Virus record (IMG/VR): IMGVR_UViG_3300005512_000176
Location: 1-33,278 of that record
Length of the DNA stretch: 33,278 nt
From: a virus
Lineage: Duplodnaviria > Caudoviricetes
Reading direction: 5' to 3' (one strand)
In this document: positions 15,401 to 24,608 of the stretch, piece by piece
Numbering within the stretch: position 1 is the first letter of the stretch
Layout: each line of letters starts with the position of its first letter
The notes under the pieces: generated by a model
Told to the model about the DNA's origin: nothing
Databases searched by the model: none
The model's input: the letters and a program-made list of their open reading frames with translations, nothing else
Program-made: the position numbers and the translations under genes

Positions 15401-18400
15401 CAGTCAAGATTGCCAGCAGGGTTTCTTGCCAGCAACCCGTATGGATCTGCGTTCAGTGGGTAGACAAGTAGCGGGTCTACGGAGAATGTGCTTTCTACAT
15501 CCCCGAGGATCGTCTCACGCCGATACCCGTTTTCATCCGCCTTGACGATCCCGAAGTACGTTCCTTCCGGAGCATATCTTCTGGTGCGATCTGCTCCCCG
15601 CCCAGCCATCTTCGGGTCTGTTCTGGCAATCCGCTCCCTTGAGAAGTGGCTGAGCTGGAGCTTGCCGTCTGCGTCGATTGCGCCTTCAAGCCCTTCTTGA
15701 AAAACTGATGGATCTCTTCTTCTAGGGTCACTTTGTCTTGCCTCCTCTGAAACCCAAAGCGGGAGCAGTCCCGTCTTCTGGTCAGCATATACGGTGTCCG
15801 CGCCGTTAGCCGTGGCATTGAATGCCGCATTAGGCCCGAAATTTACCCAAGAGTTTTGCCCTCGGGTTTCGCTTGTCATTGCTCTTCTTGCTAGAGGTGA
15901 ATACATGGCCGCGTGAGATTGCCACGCATTCTCTTCACCTCTGGCGCGGAAGCCTACACCATTTTTGATGTGGCCGAAATAGTCGTGAACAACACGGAAT
16001 ACGTCGTTCGCCAGCATTGGGTCGCCATCGGCTGTTTTGTACGGCGTTTCCCTGAGCATAGGGTTTCTTGCCAGCACCTCAGGGGTAAGCTCATCCATCC
16101 CATACCCATCTCGCGTCGAGAACACATACATGTGATTGTTATTGATCACGTCTAGGATGGCATTGCGCGGGTTGCCGTAGGGGTCGGCGCCCTTAATAAA
16201 CTGAACAGTAAGGCCGGAATTAAGAATCTCCTCGTACTGGGCGAGCGTCTCCTCAATCATCGCGTCATACGCCGCCCTAACCGTGGGGTCGCTTGGCATG
16301 TCCTCCATGAGGTCATATTCGATGGCGATCTTCCTTGCCATCTTCTGATCAACAGGGGCGTATTCGGTCAGTGGCTCGTATGCTATTCCTGACTTCTCAG
16401 CATAACGACGAGCCGCATCTACCGCTGGCTGATGATACCCAAACTCAACGGCTTGGCCGTCCACATCGAATGACTCTGGCATGCCCTGCAATCTGCGGCT
16501 AAACATGATGTCATCTTCATACCGCACTCCCTCCGGTACCGTAGACGGGTCAAAACCAGCGAACACGCCTTTAATGTTGGCAGAGTCAAATACGGCGATA
16601 CCGGTGACTTCGCCCTGACCTGTGAGGTCTTCTACGTCAAAATACGAATCAAACCCTGCGGCTTTTGCAAAGGCGGCCACCCTTTCCAGATGTACAAAGT
16701 CTGGTTTACCTGCGGATATTTTCTTGATGGCATCCTGCGCGGCAACGAGCCTGTCATTGGCGAGAGGGGACACGTCAGTAATTCCCGCCCTCTCCATCCC
16801 CTGAGACATAAGCGGAGACGCCATAGCCTTGCGCGTTTCTTGTTCCAATATGTCTTGGTAGCCAGCGCCGCTTGCGCCTTTCTCTATTTCTTTGCCGACC
16901 AGATCAACCATCTCGCTGTTGAACGGATCGAAGGTATTCTGAACGCGGAGGAACACGGGGTAGACAGCCGGCGCCTCCCTGTCTCTGGCCACGACAGGAG
17001 CAAATTTATTCGCAAATGTCGGGTCCGCCGTAAAGTGGCCTGCCACTATTCCTTGGACAGCGGGGATGGAGGCCCTAAACTTTTTGATATCTGGTGATGC
17101 CGTGCCGTGGAAGTAAATGGTGTTGGTGTCAAAGCCCTGTTGCTCGGCGCGATCAATGCGGCTTGCGAGGATCTCGTCATCCACCTCTTCGCCCAGCAGT
17201 GACTCATCAAAGTCCTTGAGCTTCTGTTTTGCCTGAGCCGCTTTTTGGGCCGGTGCACCTGTCAGTGTTACTGACTTGTCATACCCAGCGAATCTTGCCG
17301 GAAGCACTTCGGCCTGACGCTCTAGCTCATAAAGAGTGCGGATCTCTCCGCGCTCGCGAGCACCAACCTGCCCCGTCTCCAGCGCCTCCATGAACTCACT
17401 AAATCTGAGCAAACGGCTGTCTGCCGTGAAGTCACGGGTATACCCAAGCAGGGACTTAAAGAATCTAGCAATGCGCTGTGCAATGGAGCGCGGCTTGCCC
17501 GTCAGCCTAATTGACTTGCCCTCTGCGTCAACAACAGGAGTGCCACGGAAAGCATAGCGAATAAGCTCTGCAACAGCTTCTTCCGCCCGTTTAACCGGCG
17601 TCAAGTCTGAGTAGGTTCGCTCCGCCCACTGACCAAATGTTTCTCCGTCTGAGCGTATGTACTTGCGGCTCAGCCTCTCCAGAAGTTGTAGCTCTGCTTG
17701 CGTAATGAGATCTAGATTACGCAAGGCATGGACTATTTCATGGTTGAGAATGTCAATCGCGGCGGCTTCGACCTCGGCATCTGTGGCCTCTGGGCCAAGC
17801 TCGTCGATGATCGAGTCAAAGGATATTTGTAGTACCTTGGAGTTTGTGGCGTATCCGCCCTCCGCGCTCTCCTGCGCCTCGCCAAGAGTGATGTTCCCGT
17901 CGGCGTTTCTGGCTACATTTCGCACGGCATCAACCATGCGGAAAGTAAAGTCATCAGACAGCCCCAGCTTCTTGAGCCGCTTTTCCACTGCGGTGGCGGC
18001 GGCTTGTTTGCGCTGATCGGGGGCTGGCAGGGCAAGGACTGCCGCGCCCTCGGCCTCAATCTCAGGCTGAATCTGCTCAGGCTTTGCAATTTGTCGGGCC
18101 TTCTCTACCAACTTGCTGTAAGCAGGCATGCGAATAGGCATGCCACGCCCCTCAAGCTCAAGAGGGAGAATGTCTCGGTTGCTTTCTCGTAAGGTATTCA
18201 GCGCCACCTGAAGCTGTGCTGAGGAGTAAGGCTTAACCTCAAATACGGGAATCTTGGTGGGTTTGTCGAAACGAGGAAGGTTGCGTAGCTTGTAGTAGAA
18301 CAGCCGCTTGTCATTGCCAGAAAGGTCATCTACGGTCTGGTCCCGGCGTAGCTTTCTGCCGGTAAACTTCTCCGCCAGCTTCTTGACCTCTGGCGAGCCA

Positions 18401-20442
18401 TAGTCGGCTTCGATATTTTTTTCGGCTAATAAGTCAGTAAACTCGGCTTGGCTAAGCTCTGGCTCGCCAAACAGCTCAGAGCTTGGCAGGAAGGCTCCGC
18501 CTTTCCGCCGGTTTAGATATGATGCGTACTCCTGAGCATCACGCATATCTGTAAATTTGGTGCGTTTGGGCGCCCTCTTCCCTTGCTCCTTTAGCCCCTG
18601 ACGCTCAACGGCGCTGACTGGTCTATCCTTGATCGCGCCTGTGGACCGACCGTCCCTGTCAATAGATATAGAGGGGGCACCATCAATAGAGACAGCACGG
18701 AATGTGTCCGCGCCAGAAGCGCCAGACTCAAACTCAGCCAGTTTCCCTACATTATCGCCAATCACCTTGCGGGCTTCGGAGAGAGAAAAGCGGGTGGTTT
18801 CTGGAAGGCCGCGCTCAAGACGGCTGGCGTTGATCTTTTGAGCGGCGGTCATTTGCTTGCGGGGAATGCCCTGCTCAATGGCCTGCTCTGCGGTCAAGGT
18901 TTCTGCGAAACCCTGCTCTGTGGTGGTGTCAGCGGCGTAGTTTACGGCTGACTGGTGGTATGTATTGCGCTTGGGGCTAAATACCTTGCGCGCCATAGAC
19001 AATAATGTACGGCGTTGCGGCGCATCCAGCGGTTGTCCTGACTCTTCTATGAACTCATCAACAACAAGCTGGTTATTTCTTTCGACGTTTTCTGACAGCA
19101 CGCGCTCATTCAGAGCGCCAGCCAACTGAATCGCATCTCTGGGATCGGCGTGCTCTGGGCCGTACTGCTTGCCATCTGAGTCCGTGACAATAGTTGTTTC
19201 TGCGCCAGTTTGCTGTATCTCAAACTGCTCATAGACAGGAAACTTATCGCCAAGCCGCCGAGATATTTCGATAGCCATAGCGCGGAAAGGGTTGCCGCCG
19301 GCAACCTTTTCTCTGACTGTCGGTATGCCATCGCGATCTGCGGCTGTGTATGGGGTGGTTGCCGGTTCGACATTAATCACGTCGATGTCTTCTTCGACAA
19401 CAGGCTCTGCCTGAGCTGATCTGGCCTGCCTACGCTCTTGCTCGCGAGCCTCTTTCTCCTCGCGGAGCTGGGCCTCTGCCTCCTCAAATTCGCTGATATC
19501 TTGTTCTTCAGCAAAGGATGCTTCGTGCAGGGTGCGCGCCCTTCTTCCTACTGCATAGTTAAGAATAAGATCTGCCGCCGCACCAACTGAGCCGCCGATG
19601 GTCAAGTCATCCCAAGCCGACTCGCCTATCTGTAAGTCTGGGTTGTAAAGGTTAAGCTCGGTAGCGTCCTGCAAGAGACCGGCGCCAAGTTCCTGCAAGC
19701 CTTCTGCCGTGCCGGTACGCAGGGCGCTTCCAACCCGCTCAACTATGGTTTTCCCGAAGGGCTGTCGCAACACCTCGACAGGCAGTCCCTTCAGCAGAAC
19801 GCCGATAGGCGCCAGCTCAGACAGGCCAATCAGCCCTCCAAACCCGATAGCCGCATCCTCTGTCTCTGGGTCAACATCTATGCCTTGAGCGCGCGCCTGC
19901 TCAATTCTTTGAGACTGCTGAGCGGCGCCAGAGGAAACGGCAAGAGTCCCTGCGCCTCCAGCGCCAACCGCAGATGCGGCCTTGCCGGTCAGCCCGAGAC
20001 CTTTTACGAGAGCGCCGGGGGTGAGGAAGGAAGCGAAAGAACCGAAGCCTTCGCCAAATTTAGCGGCGAAGTTATCGTCATAGGCAGAGTCTACGCCCAG
20101 AAACTCATTGACGTTCTGGCGACCCTGACGGGCGAGGTTGATGATGTAGTCCTCGTCCTCTTCGTCAATAACATCTTCCAGTCCGACAAGGTTGAGTCCT
20201 GCGTCAGCAAGCTGGGTGAGACCCTCAAGGGGGCTGAGGACAGTGCCGGACACAAAGCCAGCACCAAAGCGTTGGAATGGTTCTGCGATAGCGCCGAGCA
20301 CGCTGGTAGGCTCATACGCAACGGATGGGTCTAGGCTATACTGCTGAACAGCATAAGACAAGATGTCGTTTTCCATAGCCCCTTCGGGGTGATCTACGTC
20401 AATGACCTTCCCATCAGGGGTGTTTACCTGCGTTACCGGCAT
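12451..20442 (-). CDS. Large polyvalent internal virion (ejection) protein with metallopeptidase-like, ADP-ribosyltransferase-like and C-terminal LPD38-like domains
   Basis: 2663 aa. HEIVH zincin motif; FHGT...VYPVFL ART-like; HDYFGH...GEENAW; HFS...YF ART-like; RLPIPFE...NYNSFTGREIV...SPLKVDHVLYGYTG (LPD38-like). Confidence 0.8.
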   Translation of the reverse strand: MPVTQVNTPDGKVIDVDHPEGAMENDILSYAVQQYSLDPSVAYEPTSVLGAIAEPFQRFGAGFVSGTVLSPLEGLTQLADAGLNLVGLEDVIDEEDEDYIINLARQGRQNVNEFLGVDSAYDDNFAAKFGEGFGSFASFLTPGALVKGLGLTGKAASAVGAGGAGTLAVSSGAAQQSQRIEQARAQGIDVDPETEDAAIGFGGLIGLSELAPIGVLLKGLPVEVLRQPFGKTIVERVGSALRTGTAEGLQELGAGLLQDATELNLYNPDLQIGESAWDDLTIGGSVGAAADLILNYAVGRRARTLHEASFAEEQDISEFEEAEAQLREEKEAREQERRQARSAQAEPVVEEDIDVINVEPATTPYTAADRDGIPTVREKVAGGNPFRAMAIEISRRLGDKFPVYEQFEIQQTGAETTIVTDSDGKQYGPEHADPRDAIQLAGALNERVLSENVERNNQLVVDEFIEESGQPLDAPQRRTLLSMARKVFSPKRNTYHQSAVNYAADTTTEQGFAETLTAEQAIEQGIPRKQMTAAQKINASRLERGLPETTRFSLSEARKVIGDNVGKLAEFESGASGADTFRAVSIDGAPSISIDRDGRSTGAIKDRPVSAVERQGLKEQGKRAPKRTKFTDMRDAQEYASYLNRRKGGAFLPSSELFGEPELSQAEFTDLLAEKNIEADYGSPEVKKLAEKFTGRKLRRDQTVDDLSGNDKRLFYYKLRNLPRFDKPTKIPVFEVKPYSSAQLQVALNTLRESNRDILPLELEGRGMPIRMPAYSKLVEKARQIAKPEQIQPEIEAEGAAVLALPAPDQRKQAAATAVEKRLKKLGLSDDFTFRMVDAVRNVARNADGNITLGEAQESAEGGYATNSKVLQISFDSIIDELGPEATDAEVEAAAIDILNHEIVHALRNLDLITQAELQLLERLSRKYIRSDGETFGQWAERTYSDLTPVKRAEEAVAELIRYAFRGTPVVDAEGKSIRLTGKPRSIAQRIARFFKSLLGYTRDFTADSRLLRFSEFMEALETGQVGARERGEIRTLYELERQAEVLPARFAGYDKSVTLTGAPAQKAAQAKQKLKDFDESLLGEEVDDEILASRIDRAEQQGFDTNTIYFHGTASPDIKKFRASIPAVQGIVAGHFTADPTFANKFAPVVARDREAPAVYPVFLRVQNTFDPFNSEMVDLVGKEIEKGASGAGYQDILEQETRKAMASPLMSQGMERAGITDVSPLANDRLVAAQDAIKKISAGKPDFVHLERVAAFAKAAGFDSYFDVEDLTGQGEVTGIAVFDSANIKGVFAGFDPSTVPEGVRYEDDIMFSRRLQGMPESFDVDGQAVEFGYHQPAVDAARRYAEKSGIAYEPLTEYAPVDQKMARKIAIEYDLMEDMPSDPTVRAAYDAMIEETLAQYEEILNSGLTVQFIKGADPYGNPRNAILDVINNNHMYVFSTRDGYGMDELTPEVLARNPMLRETPYKTADGDPMLANDVFRVVHDYFGHIKNGVGFRARGEENAWQSHAAMYSPLARRAMTSETRGQNSWVNFGPNAAFNATANGADTVYADQKTGLLPLWVSEEARQSDPRRRDPSVFQEGLEGAIDADGKLQLSHFSRERIARTDPKMAGRGADRTRRYAPEGTYFGIVKADENGYRRETILGDVESTFSVDPLLVYPLNADPYGLLARNPAGNLDWDTTLSALNNAGFIGFRVNDKRLGKVAFINQPLISDESVAEVRQKPVTKNIETEVIEPRQTISPAQAEKVAEDNLKTIQDNPTQVPRFSVKASPEAQYIAQNPNAAQEPDSEQMYSRKQYEPQTPGAKSAIDKLTKNARPEAPIDTYNNVLDTGPIQDFLTRLKTAFINKNARLEKYYQKVPELRELEADSSAIAAALFADRAKGILASAIKDGVPVYRDGVTRVEDFAYNGRQYRGLIEVMSLLYTKDHGDLSQLAQTYAMVQRGKWLDKKGKLSPVDAATRQAIEAEVDSLTDSSGRNPVKEWYDVWQAYNNKTIDFLRATGILNDETAEQWKDSAYIPFYREAEGDETTPRVAKGPFSNLRSLSEFKRYRGSEKGVDVGLIESISLNLSAAIEMGMKNVAQQRIARDMLSMGLAQRLQTGKTPDNPTMSFKFKGDTVTVELFDSMLADSMMSIGADANMSLIQRVLGWPANKLRELITRDPGFMVANLMRDTLSAWVTSGADIVPLVDSLKGLVSSTEALERAGVVGGYDYSNDPKDIQEFFDKELKRRNKQLSAFNLLGRTWDALGNATTRSDAATRMAVYKDVLARTGNEAEALFQAMEVINFSRRGASPLFRVITTAIPFLNARMQGLDVFYRAATGGYSANKALSRNRAIASMLMRGATLTGLTGLYYMLVSDDDQYKEQSDEIKDNNWIIPTSWGAPVRLPIPFEVGVIFKTIPETVLASTVGDKSRPEVTDTVRRAIVSTFEINPLGIQALAPIAEAALNYNSFTGREIVPYYMDQNVTAGLQDRLGSTELGKVIGQAFNVSPLKVDHVLYGYTGTIGSYVLDAVDAIARTEAVKGDEASKMPSWRVPFDYPIAKRFFAQTEGSGLRQDAYDLYKEVLTVTTTVNKLKKEGRTEELERYLATRQHLLALKKPVYNIKSQLDNARRQKALILQRDIDGDLKRQMIEDIDAQINEYLKVIPLLKEAADLPFIETTF

Positions 20443-20453
20443 TATGCGGCCCC

Positions 20454-22307
20454 TTACCGTCTGATGCTAAAGCCAGAGTAATCTTGCTGTCCAGTCTGCA
20501 TGCCGCCGAAATCTGCCGGCTGTTCTTCGCCTAGCAGTCGGTTAATCAAAGGCATGATTCTAGCCTTGAGTTGCTCCTTTTCTTCGCCAAAAGCGGTTTC
20601 ATACAGAGCAAGCAATCCTCGTAGACCCTCGCGGGCGGTAACGTCCTTGCTAATCTCCATCTTACCGGCAAGCTCTCTTTCGCTAAGACCGAAGGTGCGC
20701 TCAAACTGGCTGGCTTTTTCTTCCCTCGCCAAGTCCTCACGACCGGCTTGGTACTCAGCCAGACGCTTGCGAATATCCAAGGCCCTCTGCTCCTGAGCCC
20801 CCTTCATGCCTGCGGCACCGGCGGCAGATATGCCCTTAGAAAGATCGCCTCCAGCAATACCCGCTCCAAGTTGCATAAGCATGTTTGCTTGCGTCATTCT
20901 GCGAGACTCGTCAAGAATATCGCTAATATCGAACTGAGGCTCGCCCTTGGGCTTTGCTTGGGTTTGTACCGGGCTTGCGCCTTGTACGGACTTGTCACCT
21001 TGCACGGACTTGTCACCAGTAGCGAAATCAGCGAGGTAATCCTCCAGCACGGAAAAATCCGGTCGGTAGCGAGGATCGCTCCTGTCGGTCTGAGCTTCCT
21101 GAACTACCGCAAGCGCCTGATCTACAGGTTCGACAGACTCGACTCCGGGCTTTTCTCCCATATAGGGAAGCGCATCTGTTCTGCTGTACCTGTCGGGGTC
21201 TCGCATTGCCGATCCTTCTGAGGCGGCGATTGCGCGGCCAAATGGAGCGTTACGTACCGACTCAGACATGCTACCGCCAATCGCGCCAAAAATATCAGCT
21301 ATGCCGCCGCCCACTTCACCCAGTCTACTCACAGCAGGAGAATCGGTTAGCCCCCGAATAGCAGACCCAAAGTCCATGCTGGGGCGCGCCCTGCTCGGCA
21401 TGTCCAAGTCAATATCGAAATCAAATGATCTGCCGCCCGCCGCAGGGGCTGTTGTCATGTAATCTGGGGTGGCGTACTGAGCCTCAAGATCGCGAACAAG
21501 TGCCGAGGCCATAGGCTCAGCCATTCGTTCCTGCTCAGGTTTTTCCTTGAAAGAATCAAAAAGACCCAAGGCATCCGCCGCACGCAAAACCATAGGCGCC
21601 TTGTATATGTCAGAGCCTCCAGCCAGCATAGGCATGCGAGCCTCCTTCGACTCATAAGGCTCGCGCTCAAGCGCCTCTCTTGCCTCTGGAATCATGCCAT
21701 CACCCATGCTGGCCTGCGGCATCCCGACCTTAGACTGCACATACTCCAGAACCTCTGGTCGCCCGTAGAAGGTCTTACTTATAAAAGACAGAACCTCTGG
21801 GTAAGACATCCCTGACGCCAGCAACCGGTCTATCTGATCCCGAACGGTTGAGCCTCCCGGCATTGGGCCGGCCTCAGCGCCAGCAACATACTGGTCCAAA
21901 AACCCACCATTCTGCATCCGCACTATCCCGCCTGCGGCCATCTGCATGGGCGGCATACCCATTGGCGCACTCTGCGGAGGCATCTGCGGAGGCATACCCT
22001 GCGGAGGCATCTGCGGAGGCATACCCTGCGGGGGCATTCCCTGCGACATCATCTGCGGGGGCATCCCCACGCCCTGCTGGGGCATCATTCCCCCAATGCC
22101 TTCCATAAGGATTTGCTGTGCCACGGTGCCTTGAGGCTGGTCTTTGTTTTGATTTTCAAAACGCTTCCGCATGTCAGTGCGGCGCTTAATCTCAGAGATC
22201 ACAAGAAACTGCTGGAGCATACCTGAAGGTGCTTGGGCCTCCTGCTGGAGAGCCTGATCAGGCATCCCCTTGACCATATCTTCTTGCTCAAGAATGTTAG
22301 AAATCAT
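20454..22307 (-). CDS. Putative internal virion/ejection protein
   Basis: 617 aa, lying between two other ejection-type genes. MPPQ repeats and an MAAGGIVRMQNGG motif. Confidence 0.6.
   Translation of the reverse strand: MISNILEQEDMVKGMPDQALQQEAQAPSGMLQQFLVISEIKRRTDMRKRFENQNKDQPQGTVAQQILMEGIGGMMPQQGVGMPPQMMSQGMPPQGMPPQMPPQGMPPQMPPQSAPMGMPPMQMAAGGIVRMQNGGFLDQYVAGAEAGPMPGGSTVRDQIDRLLASGMSYPEVLSFISKTFYGRPEVLEYVQSKVGMPQASMGDGMIPEAREALEREPYESKEARMPMLAGGSDIYKAPMVLRAADALGLFDSFKEKPEQERMAEPMASALVRDLEAQYATPDYMTTAPAAGGRSFDFDIDLDMPSRARPSMDFGSAIRGLTDSPAVSRLGEVGGGIADIFGAIGGSMSESVRNAPFGRAIAASEGSAMRDPDRYSRTDALPYMGEKPGVESVEPVDQALAVVQEAQTDRSDPRYRPDFSVLEDYLADFATGDKSVQGDKSVQGASPVQTQAKPKGEPQFDISDILDESRRMTQANMLMQLGAGIAGGDLSKGISAAGAAGMKGAQEQRALDIRKRLAEYQAGREDLAREEKASQFERTFGLSERELAGKMEISKDVTAREGLRGLLALYETAFGEEKEQLKARIMPLINRLLGEEQPADFGGMQTGQQDYSGFSIRR
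20980..21015. repeat. 18-bp tandem duplication (GDKSVQ x2)
   Basis: CCTTGTACGGACTTGTCA / CCTTGCACGGACTTGTCA. Confidence 0.8.
21972..22075. repeat. Coding tandem repeat (GMPPQMPPQ)
   Basis: 27-bp unit x2 (21972-22025) plus degenerate MPPQ copies. Confidence 0.8.
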
Positions 22308-24193
22308 TACCTACCTCCAAACCCGCCCAGAGCGCCATACAGGCCCGCACTAGCAATTCCCGCACCCAGCAACTGCTGTGTAGTGCTTGGTGTTATCCCG
22401 TAAGATTGCGAAATCTGCCCCGGCGCGATTGGCACCCCTTGAAGCATAGAGCTGTAGAACGACAACTGCTCTTTCGGGAACGCTTGCTGTCGCAAGAAGT
22501 CCATGTAGCCCACATCGAGACCCCGCTGGAGTAGGTTTCTCTGAATCTCTCCCGCTGTCTGCATGGCCCTGAGGCGCTCCATCTCCATCTGCTGTCTCTG
22601 GCCCGCAAAGTCCCCTAGCATCCCAGCCGCCGCCAGCCGCTGTTGGTCGCCAGACAGGAGCTGGCCATACGCGCCTTGGGCAGTGCTTGCGGCCAGCTCT
22701 CGCCGTAGTCGAGACAGCTCTTCTTGGCGTTGCCTCGCCGCTTCATTCATTTGGAATTGTTGCAGGCGCAACTGCTCCGCCGATTGCAATGCACCGATAC
22801 CAGCCTGAAAACGGTCTAGCCCCAGTCTTGTCTGCGCCTGCTTCAGGGCCTCATTCTGTTGGAATGACTGCTGTCTGAACTGCTCCTGAGCTTGGCGAGC
22901 GGCGTCTTCTTGCTGTTGAGCGCTGAGCCCCATCTCTGCGGCGCGTTGTCTTGCCTGCTCACCAAACTGAAATGCTTGCTGTTCTGATTGTTCTTGGAAT
23001 TGCCGTTGCTGAAACTCCTGCTGGAATCCAGATTGTCTGAACTGCTCTTGCGCCTGTCGAGCGGCATCTTCTTGCTGTTGAGCAGTCATACCAAACTGAG
23101 CGGCTTGCTGGCGAGCCTTTTCTCCGGCTTCAAACGAAGATATGGCCATCTGTTGCTGGGCCTGCCTTGCCTGCTCCGTCGTTCCGAAGGCGGATTGCCT
23201 AAATCGCTCTGCCTCCTGCAAAGCCTGCTGTTGGGCCTGACCGGCCTGCAACCCAAATTGACCAGCCTGTAGCCTTGCCGCCCTGTCCGCCTCAAACGCT
23301 TGTTGCGCCTGCTGAAATGCCTGCTGAGAGCCTGCCGCTTGAATATCGCCAAGCTGGTCCTCAAGGTTTCTTTGCCGCTCCGCCTGCATGATCGCCTCAC
23401 GGTAGCCACCCAAACTACCGGCGCCAGCCGCCTGAAGACCCAGTTGCTGTTCCATGATTTCGGATTGACGGCGAGCTTCTTCTTTCTCCCTATCCACAAC
23501 AAGTTGCTGGTAAGGGCTCATGTAGCTTTCAATGACATATGGGTCGGCAACAGTGCCGGGGACAAATCCGGGGCCAACATCCAGATCGCCGCGATATTTA
23601 CTCCTCAGCTCTCTTGCGGTGTAGTCTTGACCTAGCTCTCTGGCGATGTAGCCGGGGTCGAAGGGGCCGGCCTGATATCCCGGCCCCAGCCTTTCTGCGG
23701 CAAAACCAGATTTACGCTCTGTCGGAGAGTAGCCCGGATCAAAGTCCCCCGCAGTGTATTCAGCCTGTCTCGACCCCGCTGTATAATCGCTGGGGAGCAT
23801 CCCCAGTATTTCCTCTTTGCCTCCCTGCGCTCCGGGCAAAAACCCGAAGGCAGACTGCCTCGCGTCGTATCCAGTTGTGTACTGCGCCCTGTTTGTTGCG
23901 TCTAGCATTGCCTGAGCGTAAGGATTACCTGTGCCTATTTGCGCGGCAATGTCCCCAGCCGCCATCAACTCTGGAGCAGTACCAGATACGCCAAGTTGCT
24001 GAAATCGAGTCATCGCCTCCTGCTCGGCAGGCGTAAAGTACTCTAAGCGCTTCCCCGGATATGACTCGTAAGGGACAGCGCTTTCATAGCCAACACGCGC
24101 CAATAGGTCGCGGTAAAATGGTTCCGCGTACTCAGGCAGGTTTGACTGAATAACAGTCTGTTCAGAGGGAGCTGAGCCGCCGCCTTTAGACAT
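22307..24193 (-). CDS. Gln-rich putative DNA pilot/ejection protein
   Basis: MSKGGG N-terminus, long Q/A-rich helical repeats, Gly-rich hydrophobic C-terminus. Confidence 0.6.
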   Translation of the reverse strand: MSKGGGSAPSEQTVIQSNLPEYAEPFYRDLLARVGYESAVPYESYPGKRLEYFTPAEQEAMTRFQQLGVSGTAPELMAAGDIAAQIGTGNPYAQAMLDATNRAQYTTGYDARQSAFGFLPGAQGGKEEILGMLPSDYTAGSRQAEYTAGDFDPGYSPTERKSGFAAERLGPGYQAGPFDPGYIARELGQDYTARELRSKYRGDLDVGPGFVPGTVADPYVIESYMSPYQQLVVDREKEEARRQSEIMEQQLGLQAAGAGSLGGYREAIMQAERQRNLEDQLGDIQAAGSQQAFQQAQQAFEADRAARLQAGQFGLQAGQAQQQALQEAERFRQSAFGTTEQARQAQQQMAISSFEAGEKARQQAAQFGMTAQQQEDAARQAQEQFRQSGFQQEFQQRQFQEQSEQQAFQFGEQARQRAAEMGLSAQQQEDAARQAQEQFRQQSFQQNEALKQAQTRLGLDRFQAGIGALQSAEQLRLQQFQMNEAARQRQEELSRLRRELAASTAQGAYGQLLSGDQQRLAAAGMLGDFAGQRQQMEMERLRAMQTAGEIQRNLLQRGLDVGYMDFLRQQAFPKEQLSFYSSMLQGVPIAPGQISQSYGITPSTTQQLLGAGIASAGLYGALGGFGGR

Positions 24194-24608
24194 CGCTTAT
24201 ATCCTTTTCGTAAAATATAGAGGCTTTTTTGAAGCCGTCCTTTTCCAGCCATTTCCAAAAACCAAAACGAGCAACGCCCTCAAGCGCGTCACAGCCACAA
24301 TCTTTTGCATATCTGGTTATCATCTGCAAAAGGTCTCCATACCAAAGGTCGAAATCCTTGCCCCCGATGAAGTGCATGGACAGCATTTTTTTGGCTGGGT
24401 AGTTTGTTATTTCTGTCGTTAAGGCGCCATAAACCTCAGAGTCATCGTCAAATGCAAGCCACAACTGAGACCTGCCTGTTGCCACTGCCGCACAGAGGTG
24501 CTCCATCGTCCATCGACCGTTGCATCTCTCTATTGCCGGCTCCAGATGAACCCTAGCCTTTGTCCAAGCAAATAAAACCTGATCCTGAGGTACTAGGGTG
24601 ATGTTCAT
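24186..24608 (-). CDS. GNAT-like acyltransferase in the virion operon (positional analogue of T7 gp13/P22 gp14)
   Basis: QLWLAF...GALTTEI...FIGGK...YAKDCGCDALEGVARFGFWKWL...GF pattern. Confidence 0.6.
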   Translation of the reverse strand: MNITLVPQDQVLFAWTKARVHLEPAIERCNGRWTMEHLCAAVATGRSQLWLAFDDDSEVYGALTTEITNYPAKKMLSMHFIGGKDFDLWYGDLLQMITRYAKDCGCDALEGVARFGFWKWLEKDGFKKASIFYEKDISDV

